Positions 27,873 to 42,733 of a stretch of 64,000 bases of DNA are shown here, in pieces (within the stretch, counting starts at the first letter, position 1; every line of letters begins with the position of its first letter). The stretch spans positions 27,488,001 through 27,552,000 of the forward strand of contig CP068257.2 of assembly GCA_009914755.4 (NCBI GenBank), read 5' to 3'. The stretch is from the human T2T-CHM13v2.0 reference genome, Homo sapiens. Under the pieces are notes generated by a model that worked only from the letters and a program-made list of their open reading frames with translations, was not told the DNA's origin and ran no database searches. Position numbers and translations under genes: made by a program.

Positions 27873-29311
27873 GTAAGGATTTTTCTAAAGTCTCTCTTCT
27901 TTCCTCCTTAGTGTCATAAAGTATAGCGAGCTGGGCAGAGAGTGGCCTGACTAGGGGAGACTGACTTGGACCCAGAATGTGGGGCTTTGAAGTCATCAAG
28001 GATTACATTTCTAGAGCTCCAAAGTCAGGCTGAAGCCCTCATGGAATGCCCCTGTCTGGTTATCTGGCTATGGCACCAGGACAGCAAGTGCTTATAGCAT
28101 AAACTGGCTCCTATTTTTAAGGGGTTCTGGAGCCTGGGAAAAGGACGGGTCCCTTCTCTACTTCGATATGGCTGTCTCTAGGTCATTGCATTTTTGGCTT
28201 GTCTGGGGTTAGTGATTTAGTGTTAAACTCTGCAGAGAAGACTTACCATGTTTGCCAAGACTTTGGAATAATCTTCCTTTCTCTGTTCCCTGCCCCTTCC
28301 CCAGTTCTCTGACAACTTTTAATGGAATATAACTATTTTAACTTAAACCTTCTGAAAATTGACTTGTTGGACCCATGACAAATTATTTTGTATATGTAGT
28401 TTCTGAGTGATCTGTTGAAAGATATTTTAATACACCAGAATTATTTGAAAGGAGCTCATTTATCACATTTTAATTTTCTTTAGATTATCCATGGTGATTC
28501 CAGGCAAAAATGGCTTTCAGAAGAGGTTCTGTCTAAAATACCAGGATACTGGCCTTGGGCCAGCCATTCACTTGAATACTTAACTTTGTAGTCACATTTA
28601 GGCAAGTCCAATAGGGGTCTTGAATCCTGTACACAGACATTTCTTAGTCACCACTTTTTTCTCCTAAATATTGATTTTGAAAGCCTTTAGGAGGGGTTTG
28701 TAACCTCCAGTTCCCAACAGGCCCTGACATACCCTATTATCTTACACACAGCAGCTTTTCCCATTTGTGGGTGTGCCTTGTGTCCTAACGTCATTTGAGT
28801 TTGGCATTCTTATTCCTGGACAGCCCTCAACAGAGGTGGAAGAAGAACCAAGAATGAGCCCTTCCGCAAGCCAAGATAGTGTTCCTTTTTGTTTGCTTCT
28901 GTTCTTACCTCAGTATGCAGAGCACTGTGTTAAAAACCTGGCAGCAACCAGGTCAGGTTTGAAGAGCTGGTGTTCTACTGCCAGGGTGGTCTCTAAAAAC
29001 CAACTGAGGGTGACTCAGGTGTGATCTGGCCGCTTGGAGGAGTCCTCATTCTCACCTTTGTAGCAGTCCTGGGCATTGTCTCAGCTTTCCAACAGAAAGC
29101 TGCTCAACAGAGCATTATCAGTTATGTAGGTATTACTGAAAATTGTATAGGAGGTCGGAGGGTTACACTGATCACCACACAGCTGTCAAAAGAGCTCTGT
29201 CGTCCCCTAAAATTTCCTCTCTAGCTATCAGCCATCACGTCTCCCTCTTTTTTCTATCCTCCATGCAGGGTTCTCAACCCAGCTCTCCTGGCTTCTAATT
29301 TTTAACCATAG

Positions 29312-29737
<426 letters not shown>

Positions 29738-29815
29738 TAGGTTCTGTTCTCACAGAGAGGCTGTCTATGTGCTGCTGGTGGTGTAATTGGGATTGCTATT
29801 GAAAGTAATGCCATT

Positions 29816-30110
29816 GGCCAGGTGCCGTGGCTCACACCTGTAATCCCAGCACTTTGGGAGGCTGAGGCGGGTGGATAAGACCAGCCTGGTCAATATGGTG
29901 AAACCCCATCTCTACTAAAAATACAAAAATTAGCCAGGTGTGGTGGCACACACCTATAGTCCCAGCTACTAGGGAGGCTGAGGCAGGAGAATCGCTTGAA
30001 ACCAGGAGGCGGAGGTTGCAGTGAGCCCAAGGTTGCTGTGAGCCAAGATCGTACCACTGCACTCCAGCCTGGGCAACAGAGCAAGACTCCGTCTCAAAAA
30101 AATAAAAAAG
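29816..30110 (+). mobile_element. Alu SINE (plus). An approximate GAAAGTAATG direct repeat lies nearby on both flanks.
   Basis: ggccaggtgccgtggctcacacctgtaatcccagcactttgggaggctgaggcgggtggataagaccagcctggtcaatatggtgaaacccc...gtctcaaaaaaataaaaaag. Confidence 0.9.
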
Positions 30111-32070
30111 AAAGTAATGGCAAAAACTACAACTTCTTTTGCACCAACCTAATAGCTATTTTTTCCCCTAGTCATATTTTTTCCTCTTTATTCTATGGTC
30201 ATGTCAAAGCTATTTTATTATCACGGAAATCAGGTGAAAATAAGGAGTAAACATATTTTGAAAATAAAACACTAAAAGCATATTCAGGCTATTGTTCTCT
30301 CATCAAATTATGGATCATTAATTCTACTTTTTTTGTGTTGGAACAACATTTTTTCCTTTGGGAACTTTAATGGTCTTCTCTGGCTCGTGGATCATTCTCC
30401 ACAAGACTCACAGTAGCTCTGGCAATTATCCAGATAATTTTTCTGTTAAAGCATTGCCAGGTCCATTTGAATTTTATAGCTTTAATTCCACTTGACATAT
30501 GTTAGAAATTAAGTCTATTTAATTATTTTATTCCAATGAAACTATTTCATCTTCATTGATCTTTAATGAATTAGGCAGTTGAGAGGGTAGTTTCTGGCTC
30601 ATGGTTTTGATTTTTTTTTCCCCCTTAAAGTATGATAGTGCTTTATCTCTTTGTGAATGGAGAGTGTGTTACCAGCAATACAACCAAACACATTTCAGTA
30701 AGTGCTTGTTTGTTGAATGAAGGATAGGAGTGAGTGTTACAAACATTTACCAGTTGTCAAGGCTTTTGGGTAGGGTTGCCTCTGTCTAGAGCTGTTGCCT
30801 GTTATCTTTGTTCTGTACTCCAGGGCGTGAGTGACTAAACAGCAAGACGATGATGGTTGGGAGGAGAAATCTAATAGAAGATGACATCTAAAAGCAGATT
30901 TTTATTTCTATACTTAGCGTAAGCATATACATTTAAGCCTTCTGTTGCAGGAAGTCTCTGTATTGAAAGCAGTGAAAATGCTTTATGTACAAAAGGAACA
31001 ATCTATTACACAGAGCAGGCCATCTTTATAGTCAGTCTCGTGTGCTTTCATTACACAGTAATGGCTCTTGGAATTTTATCGACTATCATCATCCACTATG
31101 GAAGAGTAAAAGTTGGATTACAAAGGCATATGAAGTGCCTTGTGGTTGCAACTATTTGCTTGAGAATGAATTGAGTCTTGATTACCTCTATCAGAGACTT
31201 AAACATTTTCTTGGTGGAAAATAGATGATGCTAGGTATTGTCAGCCCCGTTCTCTGCAAAACCTCGGATTTAAATCCCACCGAAGCCACTGAGTACCTAT
31301 TAGGCAAGGGGTGTTTCCCTACATATGATCTCATTTGATCTTTGCAATAATGAGTAAGCTAACTGTTTTGTCTCCACCTTACAGATGAGAAACTTGAGGC
31401 CAAATTTTGGTCTAAATACATTTACTATTCCCTTCTTTCCCTTACGCTTTTTAAGGAATATACAGGCTGCTTAAATTACTTTGATAGGTGGAAACTTTTT
31501 TTGTTTGTTTCTGGTTTGCAAGATTGCCATAATGTAGTTATAGAATAACCTTGTAAAATCTGTTCTGACTTTCTGATATCCATTACACATGCTTTGGTAG
31601 TTTATAAAATGCTGCTATAAAATAGCTATTTGGTAGACACTCAATCACTAATTTGACCCCCAGGATTTTTCTGTTGTTTTGCCAAGAATGTGGACAAGTT
31701 TGAGCATGTAATTTGCAGTGCTTCTATTTTCACAGAAGCCAAAAAAAGCCTTGTGCAAGAATAGCAGTGAAAAACATTTCTCTTGATGTCTCTATTAATG
31801 CAAAATATTGAGCAAGAGACCGCAGGAGAAGGTAGGTGTTAAAATGAATATCTCTTTATAATGTTCATTTGTGGGCCTTGGGCCTCTGTCCAGGAGTAGG
31901 TGGAAGGTCAGTTCTATTTGTGCAGATTCCTTTCTTGGGACTAGGTTTCTAAATTTCCCATGCCCATCAGGGACAGTATTTGAGTAGAGCTAGTGTAGAT
32001 GATATAGTCAGAAGAAAGGACGCCCAATTCTATGTCCATTTCTAAGAATGAATGAAAAATCACTATTCTC

Positions 32071-32370
32071 TTTCTTTTTTATGTTTTGAGACAAAGTCTT
32101 GCTCTGTCACCCAGGCCAGAGTGCAGTGGCATGATCATGGCTCACTGCAGCCTCGACCTCCCCAAGCTCAGGTGATCCTCCCACCCCAGCCTCTTGAGTA
32201 GCTGGGACCACAGGTGCATGCCACCACACCTGGCTAATTTTTGTATTTTTTGTAGAGATGGGGTTTTGCCATGTTGCCCAGATTGGTCTCAAACTCCTGT
32301 GCTCAAGGGATCTGCCCACCTCAGGCTCCCAAAATGCTGAGATTACAGATGTGAACCACCACACCCAGCC
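32071..32370 (-). mobile_element. Alu SINE (minus)
   Basis: tttctttttttatgttttgagacaaagtcttgctctgtcacccaggccagagtgcagtggcatgatcatggctcactgcagcctc...gatgtgaaccaccacacccagcc. Confidence 0.9.
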
Positions 32371-34029
32371 ATTACTTTTCTTCAGGTCTCAGCTTCTTTC
32401 TGTTTGACTTGTCTCTCTCTGTTCTAAAAGATGGTGGCATCCTTTCATGGTCCCAGGGTTTGGGTCAAGACCAAGCCTGTCTTACTGCTTAAGCATGTTA
32501 TGTTTTTGGAACCATGATTTGACTTACACATGATCCAAAACTACGCTATAACGTGGTCTTAACTTCATTGGAATGAGAAATATGTTTTATTGTCAGGTAT
32601 AGGACATGATAACTAATAAGAATGACAATGACCAAGGCATGGGCATTAGCATTGGGTTGGCCTGGATTTGGATCTCAGCTAAATTTGTGATTTCCAGCAT
32701 GTTATTTACTCTCTTGAAAGCTCACTTTCCTCAACTGCAAAGTGGAGATAATGATATCAATCTCACATTGTTGTGGGAATTAAATACGGTAATGAGTAGA
32801 TCTAGCACAGTCCTTGACAAAATAATTGCTCAATTAATGTAAATTTCATTCTCTGGTGAAATTATTTATTGAATGAAATACTTAAGAATAAGTAATTTAT
32901 TTTTATTCATGTAAAATGAAATAAAAGCATCTGCTTGAATTTTTAAGTTAGGGATAGAAGTTCTGATGCCCTCTTCTTTTCATTAAGCCAAGGTGCTTCG
33001 AGAACAATATGACTTTTTTTTTTTTTAACCAAATTGAGCAATAGCTTCAATCCCTCCTTAAAGTCCTCCTATCTAATCTGAGATGACAGTGACAGGTGTC
33101 TCTGTGGTACACACTGAACTAACAGAGTCTGATAAGTCCAGAAACTGATGTCACCTCCACAAATAAACAATTTCGTAGCTTCAGTTGTGTACCATAATAT
33201 CCTGTTATCCGAGCAGCCTCTCCGAAAACTTCTTTTAGATTTTGCATCAATATATTGCTTGACATCTGGGAAATGAAAATGATAGAAAATGAAGAAGTCT
33301 AGCCTTCCAGGATTCTGCTACACTGGTCTTTAACATCCATCTGGAAATGTGGTTAGGGTATATTCTCATAGAAAGCACCAGACGTAGCTGACATTTTCTC
33401 TCATACACACATTGAAAAGTATTGTATACTGCAATTTTTCTTTGATTGCTGTGTCCACACAGAAAACATATATAGATACTTTGGAGCTTTTCAATAATGC
33501 CTTTAATTTTTTGTTTGTTTTGAGAAGCTCAGTTGTCATTTAGGTATGGCTTGTTCAAAAAGTTTGCTACTCTTGTGTTCTTTCTCCTTTTGATATTGTT
33601 TATGTCAACAGAAATGACTTAAATATACTTTACTCCAGTGTAACATGATGTATAAGTTCTGTAGTATAATTGATAGTGCTCAACTTGTACTGTAATGTAG
33701 ATACTATATAAATGTCATTTCTTAAAATATTTAAAGTTCTAAGATAATAGAGTTCTTAAATATCGAAATCAGCATGGACTGTGTTTTTCCTCTCAGTTTT
33801 AACAAACGATGCTTGTTAATTTTAAGACATTACAATGTAATGTAAATTTAAATCAGACACCCCCATCTTTCCCAAAAGTAGGTAACCCTGAGAATCAAGG
33901 AATAAATACAAAGAGTGCTCAGCGAGTGTAGAATGTTTAGCTTCCTAAATATATCTCCTGTGTGGGAAGCTGGGATAGGAAAATTAAATTCTGACATTTT
34001 TGAAGAGGATGGGGCCAGTAGTATTCGCA

Positions 34030-34440
34030 GAAGCCAAATAGAAAACGGAAACGCCCGAGCCGGCTTTGCTCCTAGCCGAGGGTGGCTTGGCTGGGTCCTT
34101 CCCCATGGGGTCTGTTCCAGGGAGTGGAATCCACTTCGGGAGGAGCTTGCTATGAACCGGCAAGCTCAGGCAGAGAGCAGAACAGCACCATAGCACCGTG
34201 TGGCTCAAGCCGGCATTCTTGGAACCGGACCCTGCGGTTTCTCTCTTACTTCATCTTGTTAAATCGGTCCTGATAATTGGGGCGGATACCAGAGATAGCA
34301 GCAGCTCCTTCACGCTGCACTGCCATGAAATATTAAGCCCTTGCGAGCTCCATCCTCAGGCGGCAGCGGGAGGAGGCGGAGATGGAGGAAAAGTGGGCGA
34401 GGAGGAAGTATCTCCTCCTGGGCTGTGACCTCACCCAAGC
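34030..34440. promoter_or_regulatory. CpG-enriched, GC-richer island-like segment (about 17 CpG in 400 bp, observed/expected roughly 0.5) inside the intron between the 27.8 kb and 38.6 kb exons. Candidate internal or alternative promoter, first non-coding exon, or enhancer.
   Basis: CpGs counted by eye: cgcccgagccggc, ccgagg, cttcggg, accggc, ccggc, accggaccctgcgg, atcggtcc, ggcggat, cacgctg, gcgagc, ggcggcagcggg, ggcggag, gggcgagg, ggcgctg, gcgttg, acgatg, accgcac. The flanks are AT-rich and CpG-depleted. Confidence 0.35.
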
Positions 34441-35739
34441 CCCAGTCTGTGTCTTGGAAACATGTGTTTCAAAGTTGGCTTGAGGCGCTGTTAGGAGAAG
34501 GTGTTAATTTCACCTCCTAAGAACTGGCTGCGTTGTATAGTAAACCAGATACGATGGCAGGGAGTGCATCTGAAAAGCTGCTGCTGTGACCGCACAGAAT
34601 TTGTGCTCTAGTACATTAGCAGTATCTTTATTCTTCAATTTATCAACTCAACTATCTTTGGATTCCTTTTCTTTGGAGTGCAATATTTCATTCTTTAAGC
34701 AGGAAGGTGGGATAAGTGTATCCAAAATTGGAGGATGTAGCATCATTGTGGAGAAAATAACAAGGGAATTTTTTTCCTCCTGATGTGAAAAATAATTAAC
34801 TATCAACATTAAGAGTTTATTTATCGTACATCCATTCCCAGCATGGGCTTATAACTATGAAAATCTCTCTGACAAGAATAGTCAAAATCAAGCAATGAGA
34901 ACTGAAATAGTGTTTCTTTTATTCCAAGAAGTTAATAGATGTTTTCTCATCTAGTTACCCACAGGTATTCTTTTAAGTTATTTTACAGTTTTTAATTTGA
35001 GCATGTGTTACATAAACCCACGTACAGCCAGTTAATTCATGAGTGCCAGTGTTTTACATGTCATGTTACTTAAGCGTACTGACACTCCATTTTTAAACTG
35101 GAAACCTGATTCTTGAATTCTAAGAATCGATTTCCTCAGGCAGAAGCTTGTGTTTGATTAATACTGTTGGCCATATATTGTCTCTTATTTTGAGGGATTA
35201 CCTCTCAAAAGGTAAGGTAAGAGAGGATTACCCTCAGTCAGGACCTGATGATACAACATACATACACACATTATATCACAAAGCAATGAGAGTTATTCCA
35301 TCCTACATGGAACAACACATCACATTATTCTATAGTGCCACTTTTTGTATTAGGTATAAAACCTGAATATCTTAATACTTGTATTCACCAGAATTCCTGC
35401 TGGGACAAGAACCATATATATTTAAGCAAATTCTTTGATCAGTTTCCTGGCTGGGGTAAATGGCCAATGATGTCAACTGCCCTCTAAGAACAGTAGATTC
35501 CGTTGACCGGAGAGCACTTTGATTTGCTCAACAATGTTTGGGGTTACCAGTGAATGGCTCGAGATTATAAAGGGGTGAGAAATTTGAAGTTCTCTGGGGA
35601 GAAATTTGGGAAAGAGCAAAAGATTAAGTACAAATGGAGTCAGCCTCTCCTAGGTAACCCTGGTAGCACTGCTTAGAAGATGGGCTAGAGACAGCAGAAA
35701 GGTTTAATGAAATAATTTTTTTTGCATTGATTTTTTTCT

Positions 35740-35990
35740 TATTATGGGTAAAAACGCATATGGTAAAATTTACCATCTTAACCATTTCTAAGTGTACAGT
35801 TTGGTAGTGTTAAGTATATTCACATTGTTGTGCAACCGATCTCCAGAACTTTTTCATCTTGCAAAATAGAAAGTCTGTACCCATTAAACAACAATTCCTT
35901 ATTTCCCTCTTCCTATGGCAACAAATGAGAGAATTTTACAATGTTTTGGTGGGTTATGCAATATAACCTTCCTCTTTACTTAAAAAATAG
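35740..35990 (-). mobile_element. LINE-1 (L1M-type) 3'UTR fragment, antisense
   Basis: aaaatttaccatcttaaccatttctaagtgtacagtttggtagtgttaagtatattcacattgttgtgcaaccgatctccagaactttttcatcttgcaaaatagaaagtctgtacccattaaacaacaattcc matches the well-known old L1 3'-end motif. Confidence 0.7.
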
Positions 35991-37515
35991 AAATCTATAT
36001 TGCTCTTTAATGTTTTCATACAAACTTGGAACATTTGAAGTGGTGCTGAGTTTTATGTCAAGTTGAAGGCTTAGTTTTTAGGATCCAGAGGCTGAAGTGA
36101 CCCCTGGAATCTTTGTACTCCCTGAAAACTGGATACAAAGTATTTTAGGCTTATTCTTTTTTGATTGTCCCTTCTTTATGATGGGAAGTCTTGAAAATAT
36201 TATTATGTATAGATAGCATGATCATGCTGCTGAAAGCACGTGTGGATATCTTGAAATATGTACTACCTATCATCACATATGCTTAGTGGCATGATCGCTC
36301 TACCTATAGATAACAACATCTTGAATTTCCCACAATTAAGAGGTGCCAGTAGTAAAAAAAGAACAAATGACAACATTTCCCACTTAGTAAAAATCATTAC
36401 AGGTGGTAAGCTGGGGGTGAGGCAGGGAAGGCCTCTCCCTTCTTAAGAAAGTTATTAATGTACTTTTCAGTTTTCCTTTTAAATTACAGCAGCAAAAGAC
36501 ATATCTCCCTTTACACGGCTGCTCTCTATGTTATCTTAAAGTTGTGAATCCTTTATGTAGAGTTCTAGAACTTTTTCGCTGCCACATAGTTAACTGTGCT
36601 GAATTCATGGTTCAGGTACCTACACGTACTGAGCTCTTGTTTCAACTGAGTATAGCCTGTGTGGTGTTTGTAAGGACAGGATCTGATGTGTAGAGTCTTA
36701 GGGCCTTCCAGGAGCAAATCCTTTAACAGGGCACAGATGATTCAACAGCTTGGCTATGGTGCCCAGAATAAATTGCTTTCATTCCCCTTACTGTTATACC
36801 TGGTAAGTTGCCAGTGTAACAGGTGAAAATTGATGAGTGGGTAGCGATTTCTGGGGCACAGACTGGAGGAGCCAGGAGTTCTGAATTCCTTTGGCAATAG
36901 CTTTATCTCATGGGGCGAGTTATACTGTAGTACTACTGTGCGTTATTTTTCAATTGAATCCCGTATAGAAAGGGATGATGGTTCCAACAGTCTGAGTTTA
37001 TGCTGTGAATGTGTTCATGGGCAGCAGAGAAAGGTGCTACCTAATATGATTATTATGAGATTTTCCATGAACTGGGACATAACAGATGTTCCACGTGAAG
37101 GTAAATTTGACCTAAATCTATTTAGAATTTTATTTCCTTTAAACATCTCTACTCAGAGGCCTCATGATACATAGGGAATGTCATCTTATCTATCAATCAG
37201 ACAGTAAACTTTATTGAATTTCTATTACATCATGGGAGGGATCACAGAAATAAATATGACACCCACAGAAATCTGTGTCCTTGAAGAATATAATGAGAGG
37301 AACAAATAGTAAAAAATTCATTAGTTCTCAATTTCCTAATATAAAATTAGTGACAATATGACCTTGTCAGATACATAGTTTATATATAGAGAGAGACCAT
37401 TGTGAAGAAAGGATAAGATTGAAGAGCCTATTTCACAATAAACTGATATTTCTCAGATTTTATTTACTTTTTTCTATATATAATTGAAAAGGGTGATTTA
37501 AAAAAAAACTCTTAA

Positions 37516-37789
<274 letters not shown>

Positions 37790-38558
37790 CTAAAAGTAGT
37801 ACTTTTAATCACGCATTGCTAAACAAGAAATTAGAAAAATAAACTTGGGGAAAACTCGTTCTTTAAAAATAATTCCTAGAAGTAGGGTTTTCACCATGTT
37901 GCGGTCAGAAAGGCTTGCCACGCTGGCCTTTGCTTCTTTCATGGATGGGAGAAAAAGAGAAACATGAATCTTATAGGGATGGTTTTTTTTTAGGGGGAGG
38001 GAGATCCGGCCTTTCTTACAGGTTGCTTAATCCTTGCAAGCATTATTTCTGGCTCAGCATCTTTCTTTAGCCCAAATGCATTTCTCAGAAGAGAGCTTTT
38101 CTTCTCTACTCTGCAAGATGAGATTATACCTCCTGGCTACAGAAACAGAAAGCAAGGGATAATTGAAACAGACAACTGAACTATTTCCCCACCACTGCTC
38201 TTCTCTAAAGCAAAGTCTAAGATTTCCGGGGAGTACGGTAGAATCCTTTGGAGACTTATTTTTACTCCATCACAAGGCAGGTAACTGACATGTAATGGAT
38301 TTCAGGGCTCTGGCTCAGGCCTGAGATGCCCATGAATGACACTGGGAGATGAATGTGGAGACTATCTGTCCACCTCTCTATTTTCAGTCAAATAGAATCA
38401 GCTGAACTCTGTTGAATGTTGACTGACAATGCTGTTCTCACGTTAAAAAAAAAAAGAAGAAGAAAAAACCTTCGTTTAAAGAACATCAGCGAGCAAAATG
38501 GTTGGTAATTTATCCTGATGCAAAGAAATGGACTAATTTCTTCTTGTTGTTTGTGAAG

Positions 38559-38674
38559 CCCCTGCCGCCTTGTCATGACTCCGAGGAATCCATGGAGGTG
38601 TTCAAACAGCACTGCCAAATAGCAGAAGAATACCATGAGGTCAAAAAGGAAATCACCCTGCTTGAGCAAAGGAA
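38559..38674 (+). CDS. MAP3K7CL: Coding exon (116 nt, phase 0 start, phase 2 end): PLPPCHDSEESMEVFKQHCQIAEEYHEVKKEITLLEQR(K). Homologous to TAK1 [40 protein letters not shown].
   Basis: Acceptor cttcttgttgtttgtgaag|CCCCTGCC. Donor CAAAGGAA|gtaagtacc. The open frame is in phase with both the upstream and downstream exons. Strong similarity to the remembered TAK1 C-terminus. The six-frame track shows only the antisense artefact ORF 38388-38669. Confidence 0.7.
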
Positions 38675-39646
38675 GTAAGTACCTACCCCCCTCACTCTAC
38701 ATCTGAGCACTGCCTACTGGGCAAGGACCAGGGGCAATGGGCAGGGGACAGGCTGAGTGTGAGGATGACAGGGAGGCAAGGGGGTTACAGCAATGATTCA
38801 AGTGGTGCTATTGGAGATTAAGTGCTTTATGGAGTAGCAAAAGGAATACCAGGAATGCTTCCTACTCAAAACTTAATTTTTTAAATAAGACATTTTAGTT
38901 CATGAAATTAAAAATGCCAAAATACCACCCAAAACCACACTATGTTTTCCGTAAATGTGCCCAGAGGCTGCAGAGCACTGTGGCTTGGTGTGAATTTTAA
39001 TTTCTGCTTAAATGATGGCATTCCCACATCACGTGAAGAAGCCACTGGGATAGCTCTTCAAAATAATGTAAACGTTTTAGTTAACTGACTACATTTTATA
39101 GTAGGGTAAGTTTTTATCTTGATAGCTTTTATTACTATTACAGTTCTGCTATAGGGAATTATACAGTTCTATTAATTAAAGCATTCTGATTTTACTCACT
39201 CATAACTTTTTGTTTCTGGATCCTTCTTTTTAATTGCACTTGATTCCGCCAGTGCCTACCCCAGTGAATCCCATTCTTTTATACTTGCAAAGCTTCAGAG
39301 TAGACACCTTTCCTTCACAGTACTAGCTGGTTGGGATTTCCCATTTATTAACGAGATATCTTGATTACTAGGATCTTTTGATTAGATCTCCTTTTGATTA
39401 CATCTCCTACTAGGTGGTAAGTGCCATAAAAGCACTGATAGTCAGGTGTTGTCACCATCAGATTCCTGGAGCCTGGTATGATATGTGGCACCTAGAGGCT
39501 GAGTAAATTATTGTTGATGTGTGAAACAGAACACAAACATATTGTGATTCTTTATTTCTTATATATCACGTGTCACCCTAATAAAAGGAAGGGGAGAAGA
39601 AATAAACATGCTACCATGCTCAGCTAATTAAAAAATATTTTGTGGG

Positions 39647-39940
<294 letters not shown>

Positions 39941-40330
39941 TTTTTTTTTTACAGATGGGATCTTGTTATCTTGCCCAGGCTTGTCTCAAACTTCTGACCT
40001 CAAGCAATCCTCCAACCTTGGCCTCCCAAAGTGCTGGTATTACAGAGTCAATATCAGCAATAAAGGGCTGCTAAGATGAATTGTTAAATTAGGAAATATG
40101 ATTATATCTTATATTTATAAATACATGAGGTTGGTTTTCCAAGGGTTATTAATGATTATTATTTTCATTAATATAGATATGAAATTTCATAAAGGAATTA
40201 AAGATTATTAATAATGTGACCAGTATTGAAGTCAAAGGAAGATTTATATAATCAATAGCCTGTGAATAAATGTATCTTCTGGTGTGTGTATGTGAAGTGT
40301 GGTGGTATAATAAAAATACACACACACACA
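39941..40330. repeat. Local duplicon copy 1. It begins inside a minus-orientation Alu (A-rich middle to 5' end, 39941-40046) and continues through unique sequence ...gagtcaatatcagcaataaagggctgctaag...ttatatttataaatacatgaggttggttttccaagggttattaatgattattattttcatt...gaaatttcataaaggaattaaagattattaataatgtgaccagtattgaagtcaaagg...gtatcttctggtgtgtgtatgtgaagtgtggtggtat.
   Basis: Direct comparison with 42490-42850 (copy 3, first half) and 40690-40860 (copy 2, second half). Confidence 0.75.
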
Positions 40331-40689
40331 AAATTTAATTTTTACAAAAAGCGAATGAAATATATTTTGTGTTGAGAAGTTTGTGAAATCCTTACAATTT
40401 TTTTGAGACTCCCAGAATGGTGGTCGGACAGTATAGCATGATGGTGGACAGTATGGGTTTTGGGGCCAGACTTCTGCAAAACCTCAGTTAGTACCTTACA
40501 AACCCTTCCTTCCTTGCTTGGTTTGCCATGCTTCAAACATAAAATTGTATCTAGACTTTTGGCTACAGGGGATTAAAAGATGTTTATTAGGAGGTCACAA
40601 ATACAAATTTTCTCTTCCATGTCTGACTATTTTCTTTTTGTTCTAAGAGTTTTGATAAAGTTGCTTGGAATACTCAGATTGCATGATTA

Positions 40690-40860
40690 CACACAGTTGG
40701 AGTCCTACAAAAAATTTCATGAAGGAATTGAGGATTATTAATCATGTGATCCATATTGAAGTCAAAGAAGATCTATATGACGAATAGCCTGTAAATGTAT
40801 CTTCTGGTGTGTGTGTGTGAAGTGTGGTGGTATGATAGAAAAATCCTCAGTAATTATGTC
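40690..40860. repeat. Local duplicon copy 2 (second-half unit only): aaaaatttcatgaaggaattgaggattattaatcatgtgatccatattgaagtcaaagaagatctatatgacgaatagcctgtaaatgtatcttctggtgtgtgtgtgtgaagtgtggtggtat
   Basis: About 85-90% identical by eye to 40175-40330. Confidence 0.7.
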
Positions 40861-41018
40861 TCTATTTATAAACTCTTCAGACTGAAGGTACTGGAGGACT
40901 TTGTTATTTAAATTAAATTTATGTGTAGCTTTTTTTTTTTTTGGAAATGCAATACTCATCCCCTAAATTACATGTTCTGTAAGTTTTTTTTATGTTGCAT
41001 TAAAAAAAATATGGTAGG

Positions 41019-41318
<300 letters not shown>

Positions 41319-41441
41319 TGATATGGTAGGATAATGACATGAGAGTGACTCCTATCTAATGTTTGAAACATATCCTTACTGTTTGCATTGAAAGCAATGA
41401 TAACTCTGGGTACCACTACAACAATATTAAAATGAAAAAAG

Positions 41442-41755
41442 GGGCCAGGCGCAGAGGCTCACGCCTGTAATCCCAGCACTTTGGGAGGAAAGGCAGGCGG
41501 ATCACCTGAGGTCAGGAGTTTGAGACTAGCCTGGCCAACATGGCAAAGCCCTGTCTCTACTAAAAATACAAAAAAATTAGTCGGGTGTGGTAGATAGCAC
41601 GTGCCTGTAATCGCAGCTACTCAAGAGGCTGAGTCATGAGAATTGCTTGAACCCAGTAGGCGGAGGTTGCAGTGAGCCAAGATCACGCCACTGCATTCCA
41701 GCCTGGGTGACGGAGTGAGACTGTCTCAAAAAAATAAAAATAAAAAATAAAAAAA
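41442..41755 (+). mobile_element. Alu SINE (plus) with an A-rich (AAAAT)n-like tail
   Basis: ggccaggcgcagaggctcacgcctgtaatcccagcactttgggaggaaaggcaggcggatcacctgaggtcaggagtttgagac...ctgtctcaaaaaaataaaaataaaaaataaaaaaagg. Confidence 0.9.
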
Positions 41756-42314
41756 GGAAAAGTCAACTTCTAGAAGTAACATGGCTAGCAGGCTAGTGGA
41801 GGTATTTTATACAACCTTCCAGACCACATACAAGTGGGCCGGACCCCCTCCTTAATTACTTATATGCCTGTGTGTGTTTCTGCAGAACTCATCTTGTTTC
41901 CTTCCCCAAAGTACTTGAAGTGTCTCCCTAAATAATTGGCTAGATGTAGGGCCAAGGCCAAATTCTTTCATTATATATATATATTTTCTTTTTCGTAAAG
42001 TCTCAAGTTCCTTTTTCTTCATTCTCACTTCTACCATTTGGGCTTGGGACTTATTACTTGAGATCTTGGTTGATGCAATATTGTAACTAGTTTCCCTGCC
42101 TAGGGTTTCTTGTTGCTAGAAAATGACAGCCAGTTCTTGGCATAGATTTCAAGACCTCCCTGGGGATGCCTTGGAACCTCTGTAGAACTTCCAATCTCAT
42201 CCCTCAACTTCAGCTACATTGGCCTCCTCACTTCTCCCGGGGCAGGAGGTGGGTCCTCCAGTCACTGAGCCCCTGTTCACACCAAGCTCTTGGCCTAACA
42301 GGCCCCTTTCTTCC

Positions 42315-42598
<284 letters not shown>

Positions 42599-42626
42599 CA
42601 ATATCAGCAATAAAGGACTGCTAGGA

Positions 42627-42733
42627 GGAAAATTGCTCGAACTCGGGAGGTGGAGGTTGCAGTGAGCCTAGATCACACCATTGCACTCCAGCCCGGGTGA
42701 CAGTGCGAGACTCCATTTAAAAAAAAAAAACAA
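42627..42733 (+). mobile_element. 5'-truncated Alu 3' fragment (about 105 bp) nested inside duplicon copy 3, with a perfect 10-bp TSD ACTGCTAGGA (42617-42626 and 42734-42743)
   Basis: ggaaaattgctcgaactcgggaggtggaggttgcagtgagcctagatcacaccattgcactccagcccgggtgacagtgcgagactccatttaaaaaaaaaaaa, flanked on both sides by actgctagga. Copy 1 lacks the insert (aaagggctgctaagatgaattg). Confidence 0.85.

Noticed and set aside
38388-38669. 93-aa minus-strand ORF overlapping the 38559-38674 exon
   Set aside because: It is the antisense of a real plus-strand coding exon. The plus-strand frame has splice sites, correct phase and homology. The minus-strand frame has none.
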